Below, piece by piece: positions 48,010 through 60,634 of a stretch of DNA of 64,000 nt (within the stretch, counting starts at the first letter, position 1; each line of letters begins with the position of its first letter). A model generated the notes under the pieces. The model saw only the letters and a program-made list of their open reading frames with translations. It was not told where the DNA came from and ran no database searches. This stretch comes from Macrostomum hystrix (taxonomy: Eukaryota; Animalia; Platyhelminthes): NCBI GenBank assembly GCA_950097015.1, contig CATNEN010000030.1, positions 806,001-870,000 on the forward strand, read 5' to 3'. A program made the translations under genes and the position numbers.

Positions 48010-48333
48010 TCTCAATGACAGTCATGACAGTTTGTCACTGGGGTCTTCGACAAGAATCGCTGTATATCTCGACGGTGCGGACTCGGTCGGAGTTAGCAGT
48101 TAGTTCATCGTAAATGACGGAAAATTTGGAACGCCAAACCCACCACCCAGCTAATGCTGGTACCTATTTAACAGCTGGGTGAACTGAAGAGTCGATCGGG
48201 GGAATCGAACCCACCACCCAGCTAATGCTGGTACCTATTTAACAGCTGGGTGAACTGAAGAGTCGATCGGGGGAATCGAACCCCTGATCTTGAACTGGTG
48301 GGTCCAACGCTCAAACCACTAGGCCACAACCCC
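48010..48333 (-). mobile_element. tRNA-derived SINE copy with an internal 71-nt tandem duplication
   Basis: The reverse complement starts GGGGTTGTGGCCTAGTGG..GGTTCGATTCC, collinear without gaps with the head at 18153. 48137-48207 equals 48208-48278. The 3' boundary is approximate. Confidence 0.75.
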
Positions 48334-48442
48334 CAATACACACTCAACATGCACTCAAATGCTCAACAACTATGAAATCTGATTGCATAACACTGTAAAA
48401 ATGTATCTGCAATATCGTCCTCAAGATCTTTGACTTTGACTC

Positions 48443-51400
48443 TTAAACAACCCGCCTCAGAGGAATCACTTGTCGCCGATTAACATCGCCACCGCCACCG
48501 CCGCCTCCACTGCCGCCGTGGCCACCGCCTCCCCAGAAGGCGTAGATGAATGGGTTGACAGCGCTGACGCTCATGCCGAAGCAGAAGACAATGTCGCTGC
48601 CGAGCTCGAGTCCAAACTGACGCCACTGGTCGTCACTCGTGCCATTAACACGGGCAGCCAGGTTGTGGATGCAGGTGGCGATGTACAATAGCCAGTAGGG
48701 CGTCCAGAGGACAATAAAGGTCAGCAGGATGGCGGCAAACATGCGCAGACTGCGAACTCGGGCGCGCTCCATCAGACCGCCGCCGCCACCGATGCCGCTG
48801 TCGCCGCTTCCACTGCTCACACCCGGTTCGCACCCAGATTCCAGGGCCTGTCGCGCTGCTGAGGATGCATTGGAAGGAAATAGGGCTACTGAGATTGCCA
48901 CAATTGAGTCTACTGCTCAGGAGATTGCTCAGGAGAATGTAATTGTGATTGATTGAGATTCAGAAGGGCTGGAAGGGAACCGGTGGCTAGAAGGGAACCG
49001 GTGGCTGGAAGGGAACCGGTGGCTGGAAGGGAACCGGTGGCTGGAAGGGAACCGTGGCTGGAAGGGAACCGGCGGCTGGAAGGGAACCGGTGGCTGGAAG
49101 TAAACCGGTGGCTGGAAGGGAACCGTGGCTGGAAGGGAACCGTGGCTGGAAGGGAACCGGCGGCTGGAAGGGAACCGGTGGCTGGAAGTAAACCGGTGGC
49201 TGGAAGGGACCCGGTGGCTGGAAGGGAACCGGTGGCTGGAAGGGAACCGGTGGCTGGAAGGGAACCGGCAGCTGGAAGGGAACCGGTGGCTACCGGGGCT
49301 GGAAGGGAACCTGCTGGAAGGGAACCGGCGGCTGGAAGGGAACCGGTGGCTGGAAGTAAACCGGTGGTTGGAAGGGAACCGGTGGCTGGAAGGGAACCGG
49401 TGGCTGGAAGGGAACCGGCAGCTGGAAGGGAACCGGTGGCTGGAAGGGAACCGGTGGCTGGAAGGGAACCGGTGGCTGGAAGGGAACCGGTGGCTGGAAG
49501 GGAACCGGTGGCTGGAAGGGAACCGGTGGCTGGAAGGGACCCGGTGGCTGGAAGGGAACCGGCGGCTGGAAGGGAACCGGTGGCTGGAAGGGACCCGGTG
49601 GCTGGAAGGGAACCGGTGGCTGGAAGTAAACCGGTGGTTGGAAGGGAACCGGTGGCTGGAAGGGACCCGGTGGCTGGAAGGGAACCGGCGGCTGGAAGGG
49701 AACCGGTGGCTGGAAGGGAACCGGTGGCTGGAAGGGAACCGGCAGCTGGAAGGGAACCGGTGGCTGGAAGGGAACCGGTGGCTGGAAGGGAACCGGTGGC
49801 TGGAAGGGAACCGGTGGCTGGAAGGGAACCGGTGGCTGGAAGGGAACCGGTGGCAGGTCTCACCAATAGCGCGGACGCCCTGGTTGATGGCCCGGACCAG
49901 ACTGCCATACGAGACGCTAATCGCAGTCACGGGCAGCAGGAACAGGAAGGCCAGGTTAAACAGCATCACGACCAGCAGGATCCAGTCAACGTGTTCGGCA
50001 ATGGCGGCCGGCGGATCAACGTGCAGAGACACGCACTGGTAGAATGGCATCTCCCAGGGTCCGCGTGCCACGCGGAACTGCAGCAGCTATTGTAGGACGA
50101 TCGGGACAATGTCGGGGCTGGATTTGAATGTTTGCTGTTTCAGCTTCTGTCTAGCTATCAATGCGATCCGAGCTGCAACTCCTGCTTCGATTCTAGCTTA
50201 GCTTTGATTCCGGCGGCCGGAACCAAAGCGGAATCCGCCGGCCGCTTTGGTTCGATTCTAGCTTAGCTTTGGTTCGATTCTAGCTTAGCTATGGTTCGAT
50301 TCTAGCTTAGCTTTGATTCGATTCTAGCTTAGCTTTGGTTCGATTCTAGCTTAGCTTTGGTTCGATTCTAGCTTAGCTTTGGTTCGATTCTAGCTTAGCT
50401 TTGGTTCGATTCTAGCTTAGCTTTGGTTCGATTCTAGCTTAGCTTTGGTTCGATTCTAGCTTAGCTTTGGTTCGATTCTAGCTTAGCTTTGGTTCGATTC
50501 TAGCTTAGCTTTGGTTCGATTCTAGCTTAACTTTGGTTCGATTCTAGCTTAGCTTTGATTCGATTCTAGCTTAGCTTTGGTTCGATTCTAGCTTAGCCTT
50601 GGTTCGATTCTAGATTAGCTTCGATTCTAGATTAGCTTCGATTCTAGCTTAGCTTTGGTTCGATTCTAGCTTAGCCTTGGTTCGATTCTAGATTAGCTTC
50701 GATTCTAGATTAGCTTCGATTCTAGATTAGCTTCGATTCTAGCTTAGCTTTGGTTCGATTCTAGCTTAGCTATGGTTCGATTCTAGCTTAGCTTTGATTC
50801 GATTCTAGCTTAGCTTTGGTTCTAGATTAGCCTTGGTTCGATTCTAGATTAGCTTCGATTCTAGATTAGCTACGATTCTAGATTAGCTTCGATTCTAGAT
50901 TAGCTTCGATTCTAGATTAGCTTCGATTCTAGATTAGCTTCGATTCTAGATTAGCTTCGATTCTAGATTAGCTTCGATTTTAGATTAGATTCGATTCTAG
51001 CTTAGCTATGGTTCGATTCTAGCTTAGCTTTGATTCGATTCTAGCTTAGCTTCGGTTCTAGATTAGCCTTGGTTCGATTCTAGATTAGCTTCGATTCTAG
51101 ATTAGCTTCGATTCTAGATTAGCTTCGATTCTAGATTAGCTTCGATTCTAGATTAGCTTCGATTCTAGATTAGCTTCGATTTTAGATTAGATTCGATTCT
51201 AGCTTAGCTTTGGTTCGATTCTAGCTTAGCTTCGATTCGATTCTAGCTTAGCTTTGGTTCGATTCTAGCTTAGCTTCGATTCGATTCTAGCTTAGCTTTG
51301 ATTCGATTCTAGCTTAGCTTTGATTCGATTCTAGCTTAGCTTTGATTCGATTAGCTTCGATTCGATTCTAGCTTAGCTTTGGTTCGATTCTAGCTTAGCT

Positions 51401-52423
51401 TTGATTCGATTCTAGCTTAGCTTCGATTCTAGATTAGCTTCGATTAGCTTAGCTTCGATTCTAGATTAGCTTCGATTCTAGATTATCTTCGATTCTACTT
51501 GAAGTAGATTAGCTTCGATTCTACTTGAAGTAGATTAGCTTCGATTCTAGATTAGCTTCGATTTTGGCTGCGATTCCAGCTTCGATTCTGGTTGCGATTC
51601 CAGCTTCGATTCTGGCTGCGGTTCGAGCTTCCATTCTTGCTGCGGTTCGAGCTTCGATTCTTGCTGCGATTACAGCTTCGATTCTTGCTGCGATTCCAGC
51701 TTCGATTCTTGCTGCGATTCCTGCTTCGATTCGATTCTGGTTGCGATTCCAGCTTCGATTCTTGCTGCGATTCCAGCATGGATTCTACGGTCACTTTGGC
51801 TTTTCCCTTTTTCTAGGATTGTCAGATCACTCTAGTTGTCCCTTTCACTGACCTGCGGACAGCTAACCAGCAAGGCGAGACCCCAGGCGGCCGTCAGGAG
51901 TTTTCGTCGACATCGCCGCCTCTCCCAACTGTTGGTGGTGTCTGCGGCCACAACTAGGCTGGCCCGATCGATTCCCACGGCCACTGAGAACGTAGGTCGA
52001 GGCGGCGAGGGCAGCCGACTGGCAGAACTTAAACAGTCGGCACATGGTGTCGCCAGCCAGCCACTGCACTGTGGCCTGCCAGATGGCGTCGCCCAGTAGG
52101 CACAGCACCGCCACCAGAGTGTCGGCCACCAGTAGATGCGGCAGCAGCGTCTGACCGGTCCCGTCGAAATTCTCGGCTAGGTCGCCATGCATCCTACGGC
52201 GCATCAACAGCAGGATAGACGCGGCCCTAGCGTTGCCTAGCAACGCAGCCAGAAACAACGTCAGAAGGGCGGAGACTTTGAATGCGCCTAAAGTGGTCCA
52301 GGTTGGCATACTGAGCGGAGCGGCGGTGGTATTTACATCCTGGTTACCATAGCAACTGGTGGCGGTAAGGACAGCGCCAGCTTTGAATGGGGTGACAGTA
52401 ACTGCTTCGGAAGTTGGGAACAT
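48443..52423 (-). CDS. GnRH/AKH/corazonin-receptor-family GPCR, 3 exons, one +1 frame break in TM3 at ~51985
   Basis: Exons 52423-51853, 50086-49864 and 48858-48443; 1210 nt, or 1209 after removing one base. Motifs TVQWLAGDTMCRLFKF, ASTYVL/VAVGIDR, AWGLALLVSCPQ|LLQF, FYQCVS, RARVRSLRM..FIVLWTPYW and VNPFIY. Confidence 0.88.
48966..49855. repeat. 18-nt minisatellite GGAAGGGAACCGGTGGCT filling GPCR intron 2
   Basis: Read directly; starts ~8 nt after the donor at 49863. Confidence 0.97.
50245..51780. repeat. 22-nt (TAGCTTAGCTTTGGTTCGATTC) and 17-nt (TAGATTAGCTTCGATTC) minisatellite, then a 24-nt GCTTCGATTC-containing array, in GPCR intron 1
   Basis: Read directly. A degenerate relative with the same GCTTCGATTC motif lies at ~47120-47400. 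Confidence 0.96.
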
Positions 52424-52774
52424 TCGAAATAATTGCCGAAAATAAACAAAAAGTAACGACAATCTCTGCTCGAAGATATGGCGGACGCAGTTCTTAATAT
52501 AGAAACACTCCGCAGCTTTGCTGGGCCAAATTGAAGCAACCAATCAGGCAATAGATGGATGAGGTGTCTGGGTGATGCTGGATGTGAAAAGTCCATAAGA
52601 TTCAGCACGCACGCTTGCTTTGGCGTGCGGTGTTCCATTTCAAGTGTTCGAATTTCCACCGCAAGTATAATGTAGGTTGGAAGAATGCCTGACTCTTTGT
52701 CCAGCCTCTGACCTTTAGGTCGGGAGTTCGAATCACAGCCCGAGTGATGTAATCTGTGCCATTTGATCGTGTCA

Positions 52775-54498
52775 TCATTATCAATCTATCGTCGTTATTA
52801 AACTATTATCATTATCATCTCTCATCGTTATCAATCTATCATCATTATCAATCTCTCATCGTTATCAATCTATCATCATTATCAATCTCTCATCTTTATC
52901 AATCTCTCATCGTTATCAATCTATCATCATTATAATTCAATCATCATTATCAATCTCTCATCATTATTAATCTCTCATCATTATCAATCTCTCATCATTA
53001 TTAATCTCTCATCATTATCAATCTCTCATCATTATTAATCTCTCATCATTATCAATCTCTCATCATTATTAATCTCTCATCATTATCAATCTCTCATCAT
53101 TATCAATCTCTCATCATTATCAATCTCTCATCATTATCAATCTCTCATCATTATCAATCTCTCATCATTATTAATCTCTCATCATTATCAATCTCTCATC
53201 ATTATCAATCTCTCATCATTATCAATCTCTCATCATTATCAATCTCTCATCATTATTAATCTCTCATCATTATCAATCTCTCATCATATCAATCTCTCAT
53301 CATTATTAATCTCTCATCATTATCAATCTCTCATCATTATCAATCTCTCATCATTATCAATCTCTCATCATTATCAATCTCTCATCATTATCAATCTCTC
53401 ATCATTATCAATCTCTCATCATTATCAATCTCTCATCATTATTAATCTCTCATTCATTATCAATCTCTCATCATTATCAATCTCTCATCATTATCAATCT
53501 CTCATCATTATCAATCTCTCATCATTATTAATCTCTCATCATTATCAATCTCTCATCATTATCAATCTCTCATCATTATCAATCTCTCATCATATCAATC
53601 TCCATCATTATTAATCTCTCATCATTATCAATCTCTCATCATTATCAATCTCTCATCATTATCAATCTCTCATCATTATCAATCTCTCATCATTATTAAT
53701 CTCATCATTATCAATCTCCATCATTATTAATCAATCATCATTATCAATCTCTCATCATTATCAATCTCTTATCATTAATCAATCTCCTCATCATTATCAA
53801 TCTCTCATCATTATTAATCTTCATCATTATCAATCTCTCATCATTATCAATCTCTCATCATTATCAATCTCTCATCATTATTAATCTCTCATCATTATCA
53901 ATCTCTCATCATTATTAATCTCTCATCATTATCAATCTCTCATCATTATCTAATCTCTCATCATTATCAATCTCTCATCATTATCAATCTCTCATCATTA
54001 TTAATCTCTCATCATTATCAATCTCTCATCATTATCAATCTCTCATCATTATCAATCTCTCATCATTATCAATCTCTCATCATTATCAATCTCTCATCAT
54101 TATCAATCTCTCATCATTATCAATCTCTCATCATTATCAATCTCTCATCATTATTAATCTCTCATCATTATCAATCTCTCATCATTATCAATCTCTCATC
54201 ATTATCAATCTCTCATCATTATCAATCTCTCATCATTATCAATCTCTCATCATTATTAATCTCTCATCATTATCAATCTCTCATCATTATCAATCTCTCA
54301 TCATTATTAATCTCTCATCATTATCAATCTCTCATCATTATCAATCTCTCATCATTATTAATCTCTCATCATTATCAATCTCTCATCATTATCAATCTCT
54401 CATCATTATCAATCTCTCATCATTATCAATCTCTCATCATTATTAATCTCTCATCATTATCAATCTCTCATCATTATCAATCTCTCATCATTATTAAT
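52775..54498. repeat. 17-nt minisatellite TCATCATTATCAATCTC, left part
   Basis: Read directly. Confidence 0.97.
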
Positions 54499-55322
54499 TG
54501 TCGTAGTTTGGATGAAGCTGTTGGTGCTTTGGCGTTAACGTTGTGTACGTAGCATAGCGTTTATTCAAGCAAAGAGATTATAACATAAGTGAGAGGCTGG
54601 GAACGAAAGCTTAGGAACCTATAGCTGGTTGAGAATTAGAGACCATAGACATTACAAGGATATTATCGGGAAAAGTGCAACAACGCTAGCTCTAGCTAGC
54701 AGCCACTACCACATGTCCCCATCTGCAAAGGAAGACGATGGGTAACGTCCAGTCAAACAAACAAATTTTAAGAACTAGTTAATAGACTTCGCAAAGTCAG
54801 TGAAATAACGCGATCATGATTTACTCAGTCCGAGCCTACGGCACAAAGCGATTTGGGGGATTCCTCACCCTAGTGCTTCTTCTTGTCGGAGCGATCTCCG
54901 GGGGAAACTCAGGCATATTGGCTTGTGGTTGTTGGTGAACTGCTTCTTCCTCCTCATCTGTCTCAGAGGCAGGAACCAGCGGGCCGAATTGATTGTTTGA
55001 GGCCAGTTGTAGTTTGGCGCCCGTCAGTAACCAGGAGGTGTTGCGCCCCTGCGACATCAGGAACTCAGCTCGAGAGCTGGTGGTGTCGCCGTTTGCCTTG
55101 AACTGCACCGGGTCGCCCTGCTGGAAGGTGGAGACCACCGGAACTCGAAGTCGCCGTCCTAGCACGAGCTCGGCAGGTGTTCGTCCGCATGAAGTTGAAG
55201 AATTGCGATGATGTAGCAGAGCCTTCTGCAAAAAAGCGACAAAGCTGCCATGTGTTAGACGCTGGGTCCATGCCTGCAAGGCCTTCTTGATTGTCTGGAC
55301 GGCTCGCTCGGCTGCACCATTC
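54499..55322 (-). mobile_element. 3' fragment of a Ty3/Gypsy-type LTR retrotransposon: integrase C-terminus, PPT and 215-nt 3' LTR
   Basis: ORF 55322-54836 has NGAAERAVQTIKK..RNS..TPAELVLGRRLR..RRSTRVRNPPNRF. The LTR at 54713-54499 is bounded by TGTGGTAGT..ACTACGACA (8/9 inverted repeat) and contains AATAAA (54565-54560). A purine-rich tract lies just before the LTR. Confidence 0.88.
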
Positions 55323-55790
55323 GTTATCAATCTCTCATCCTTATCAATCTCTCATCTTTATCAATCTATCATCATTATCAATCTCTCATCATTATTAATC
55401 AATCATCATTATCAATCTATCATAATTATCTATCTCTCATCGTTATCAATCTCTCATCCTTATCAATCTCTCATCATTATTAATCAATCATCATTATCAA
55501 TCTATCATAATTATCTATCTCTCATCGTTATCAATCTCTCATCATTATTAATCAATCATCATTATTAATTTATCATCATTATCAGTCTATCATCATTATT
55601 AATCTATCATCATTATAATTCTATCATCATTTTTAATCTATCTTCATAATCAGTCTATCATCATTATCAATCTCTCATCATTATTAATCTGTCATCGTTA
55701 TCAATCTATCATCATTATTAATCTCTCATCATTATTAATCAATCATCATTATTAATCTATCATCATTTAACAATCTATCATCATTATTTT
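55322..55790. repeat. 17-nt minisatellite TCATCATTATCAATCTC, right and more degenerate part
   Basis: Read directly; same orientation as the left part. Confidence 0.93.
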
Positions 55791-56182
55791 CATTATCAGC
55801 AACAGCTGGTGAATCCTCAAGTCTGTCTATGCCATCCTATCATATTTCTATGTGATGAATCAGAAAATTTGACTAGTTAAGTATTTGAGCTGCTTGCCAC
55901 TAGCGTGTTTTGAATTGGAACAACAAATAATGATTTGTCTTTAGCAGAAAGTGGCTGTTCTGATGCGGGACACAACAGCATGGCGTGGCTGCACCTGCTG
56001 ATGTTTTTCACGCAAACTACCTGATTTTATTTCGAATTAATCATTGTTTATTGCCTCTATTTGATATAGCCTACTATGAGTAGAAGATGCTTTGGAAAAT
56101 TATTTTTCGGTTTTATCAATAATGGCCTTTTTCGCCAACTATTTTATAAATAGATGGAAAGTGTTTGCCATTGGTCTGGTGT

Positions 56183-56860
56183 AGTGTGTTCAGTGTCATT
56201 TCCAATTTAATTCATATCATTTCCTATGTGTTCAGTGTCATTTCCAATTTAATTCGTGTCATTTCCTATGTGTTCAGTGTGTCATTTCCAATTTAATTCG
56301 TGTCATTTCCGATGTGTTCAGTGTGTCATTTCCAATTTAATTCGTGTCATTTCCGATGTGTTCAGTGTGTCATTTCCAATTTAATTCGTGTCATTTCCGA
56401 TGTGTTCAGTGTCATTTCCAATTTAATTCGTGTCATTTCCGATGTGTTCAGTGTCATTTCCAATTAAATTCGTGTCATTTCCGATTTCATTCGTGTCATT
56501 TCCGATGTGTTCAGTGTCATTTCCGATGTGTTCAGTGTCATTTCCGATGTGTTCAGTGTCATTTCCGATGTGTTCAGTGTCATTTCCGATGTGTTCAGTG
56601 TCATTTCCGATGTGTTCAGTGTCATTTCCGATGTGTTCAGTGTCATTTCCGATGTGTTCAGTGTCATTTCCGATGTGTTCAGTGTCATTTCCGATGTGTT
56701 CAGTGTCATTTCCGATGTGTTCAGTGTCATTTCCGATGTGTTCAGTGTCATTTCCGATGTGTTCAGTGTCATTTCCGATGTGTTCAGTGTCATTTCCGAT
56801 GTGTTCAGTGTCATTTCCGATGTGTTCAGTGTCATTTCCGATGTGTTCAGTGTCATTTCT
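56183..56860. repeat. 21-nt minisatellite GTGTTCAGTGTCATTTCCGAT
   Basis: Read directly; longer degenerate units at the left end. Confidence 0.97.
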
Positions 56861-57582
56861 GATGCTATTAGTGTGATCAGTGTCATTAGTGGCACAAAAA
56901 GTAATGTTTCACGAATTTAACTGAATTTCTTCCCTATAACTACCTGAAATCGTGAAGCTCTTCATTTATAATTAGACCCACCAATACAGTAAATAGCCTT
57001 GAAATTGTAGAAGAAGTCCACTTGTCAAGACGTGAAGTAGTAGAACATTGATTGCCAGAATTATTTGTCAGTGAAACCAGACAAGCTGGCAAATAGTGTT
57101 AAAAGATGTTCCAGGAAATTATCAGAATGAATCTGGCATACATCGATTGACGATAACAAACCCTGTCTAACAAACAATGGAAGGAGCCTTAATGTCATGA
57201 ATGGCTGGGCCAAGCATACAATATGCGGCCATATTTTCTCGAAAAGTCTCAGCCTTATAATGTGTGAAGTGGGAGAATGAAAAGTTTTAGCCCGAGTTGC
57301 TGAAGGCTCAGGCAAGTCACGTTCCTGAAGACTGTTTGAAGCATTCTTCACACCTGCCCAGCTGTAGATTGGTACAGTCGAGTACTTCACTCATGAGATG
57401 GAGATCTACATAAGACTGTCAATCTTATAAGAAATCTATCTATTTATCGAATCTGTAATGGCGTCTAACTTTAGACAGCACGGAATTCACAGGAGACTTT
57501 GGTGCACAGAACAAACAGCATTATCTTGTTTGATAGTGAGGCTGCATGCCAATTGAGGAAAGATTTTAGACAAAATATACAC

Positions 57583-58325
57583 TTTATCAACTGCATCAGT
57601 ATCTACTTTATCAACTGCATCAGTATCCACTTGATCAACTGCATCAGTATCCACTTTATCAACTGCATCAGCATCCACTTTATCAACTGCATCAGTATCC
57701 ACTTTATCAACTGCATCAGCATCCACTTTATCAACTGCATCAGTATCCAATTTATCAACTGCATCATTATCCACTTTATCAACTGCATCAGTATCCACTT
57801 GATCAACTGCATCAGTATCCACTTGATCAACTGCATCAGTATCCACTTTATCAACTGCATCAGTATCCACTTTATCAACTGCACCAGTATCCACTTTATC
57901 AACTGCATCAGTATCCACTTTATCAACTGCATCAGTATCTACTTTATCAACTGCATCAGTATCCACTTTATCAACTGCATCAGTATCCACTTTATCAACT
58001 GCATCAGTATCCACTTTATCAACTGCATCAGTATCCACTTGATCAACTGCATCATTATCCACTTTATCAACTGCATCAGTATCCACTTGATCAACTGCAT
58101 CAGTATCCACTTGATCAACTGCATCAGTATCCACTTTATCAACTGCATCAGTATCCACTTGATCAACTGCATCAGTATCCACTTGATCAACTGCATCAGT
58201 ATCCACTTTATCAACTGCATCAGTATCCACTTTATCAACTGCATCAGCATCCACTTTATCAACTGCATCAGTATCCACTTTATCAACTGCATCAGTATCC
58301 ACTTGATCAACTGCATCATTATCAA
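57583..58325. repeat. 24-nt minisatellite ATCAACTGCATCAGTATCCACTTT
   Basis: Read directly. Confidence 0.97.
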
Positions 58326-58842
58326 CTTTGCTACGTAGAAATCTGAATTCAAAAGAAGTCAAACATAGGTGAAAGACAGAGCTAAGAACGAGAAAATATT
58401 CATCTCAAATAAACAAAAGCATTCAAAGCCATGCAAATGAGCCAGCTCATGCAGCCGCAAGCCGTGGCTATGGCCAGTGGTGCAAAAGCGATGCAGCCCA
58501 AATTGAATTTCGCGCCTGCAGTTTCAACAGCAAGAAACTGCAAACAACTTACTCGAATAATTGATTTGGCCAGTCTAGCACCTTCTTCTTTCGATCCTCA
58601 CTCTGATTCAGAGGCACGGACTCAAGGTCGGGCCTAGCTTATGTCGACGAATTTTCGAATGAAGATTGTTATTAACAACCTATAGAATTTTCCCGACTCG
58701 AAGACTGTTTTGCAAGTGATGACTCTACATCTAAAGGTTTGTTTTCCTGCTTTCCAAATATATTTTAGGCCTCATTATCTTACGCGATTCGATGCGTATA
58801 GTACTAAATATTGGCTGAAATCGAAAGAAAATGATATGTTTG

Positions 58843-59400
58843 ACAGCTACGAATGGGTTTAAAGAAGTTGGAAAGCTGCGAATGGGTTTAAAGAAGTTTG
58901 ACAGCTGCGAATGGGTTTAAAGAAGTTTGACAGCTGCGAATGGGTTTAAAGAAGTTTGACAGCTGCGAATGGGTTTAAAGAAGTTGGAAAGCTGCGAATG
59001 GGTTTAAAGAAGTTGTAAAGCTGCGAATGGGTTTAAAGAAGTTTGACAGCTGCGAATGGGTTTAAAGAAGTTTGACAGCTGCGAATGGGTTTAAAGAAGT
59101 TTGACAGCTGCGAATGGGTTTAAAGAAGTTTGACAGCTGCGAATGGGTTTAAAGAAGTTTGACAGCTGCGAATGGGTTTAAAGAAGTTGGAAAGCTGCGA
59201 ATGGGTTTAAAGAAGTTGGAAAGCTGCGAATGGGTTTAAAGAAGTTTGACAGCTGTGAATGGGTTTAAAGAAGTTGGAAAGCTGCGAATGGGTTTAAAGA
59301 AGTTGGAAAGCTGCGAATGGGTTTAAAGAAGTTTGACAGCTGCGAATGGGTTTAAAGAAGTTTGACAGCTGCGAATGGGTTTAAAGAAGTTTGACAGCTG
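58843..59400. repeat. 29-nt minisatellite GACAGCTGCGAATGGGTTTAAAGAAGTTT
   Basis: Read directly. Confidence 0.97.
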
Positions 59401-59919
59401 TACAGATTGTGGGGCAATAAGTTGATCGACTACATTCTTGTGTCGGCTCACAGTGAGCCAAGGATATTGAACCAAGTTTAGAGCATTAATCATGTGGGCG
59501 GTGGACCTATCACTCTGGTAGCCCCCCCCCCAGCGGGTGGCGCGGCCGACATGAAATGGCACTCAAACGCAGCAAATTTCCTGTTCAAAGAAGGAGGCGT
59601 GCCTAAGAGCGTACTAACCAAGGCTTCTAATTATAGCATGTCCTTGAGCACTGATAATGATATGCTAATTGCTGATATACCGAACAAGCATTACCCAATG
59701 GAATATTTGATTTCAAATCATTCCTACCAATAAACTGCTAATTTGGTCTACTCTGTAGGTCTTACTATTTCATACTATGCACCATGACTTATAAACAACC
59801 ACAAGGATTGGTTCGAATCGGAAATGAGTCATTTAGCTGGTCTATTTGTTTATATGTTTCAACTTCAATACTTGACCGCTCATTGCTTCAAGTACTTGCC
59901 ATCGAGTTCAAGGAAAGCG

Positions 59920-60017
59920 AGGAGGCAAGTTTGTCCATTTCGCTGACTGCTGAGCGAACACGCACACAGATACCGTACGTAAGCAAATCCTCAAGCAGGT
60001 GTGTACATCTGCCCTGA
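59920..60017 (+). repeat. 98-nt dispersed repeat, copy 2
   Basis: See 33364-33461. Confidence 0.8.
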
Positions 60018-60634
60018 GTACACTCTCTAGTGTAGTGTAGTGTACACTCTCACTTGCAATGCATTGGAGGCTGGCACTCAAGGCCGTAATCGAGCTCAGG
60101 AACCTTGGTGTGAGAGGCAGACACGTTAAACACACTGCCACTCATCTCCCTAGTAAGCCTATAGTAGCTGACAATTTAATCGTTCAATGAAAATATGGAG
60201 ATTCGGCACAAAAGAAGCTTCCACTCTACCGTCTACCGTATCATTTTAGGATAAAAAAAATATTAAAATAGTAAATTCATCTCGAAGTAGAAATATTTCT
60301 CCTGAAACTCTTGGCTCCTACTACTCGAATTCGCGCATGAAGGCTGAGTAAAGCAGTTCATCAAATGAGTAATTGGCCTACTCCGCCCGCTCTCCAACCA
60401 AGTCCATAGGTCAACCTCGCATGGCGTGGCTTAAAGTGTGGCAACTTTCGATCTCGCTTTCTTTAGCCGGATTACAGACCAAACCGATTTTGAGGGCCGG
60501 TGACTCGTGAGGAAGAAGCTAGAGATCGGACTGCTTTTTTCTTAGCAGTTTTGTAGGCAAGTGCGGCTTTGTACTTTGTTTCTTTGCGTCAAAATTCTGC
60601 CACAAACTATTTTTTGTGCCACTCGATAGGCGCT

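Noticed and set aside
57061-59733. ORFs 57061-57390, 58431-58637 and 59494-59733
   Set aside because: Short, no splice chain and no recognisable domain.
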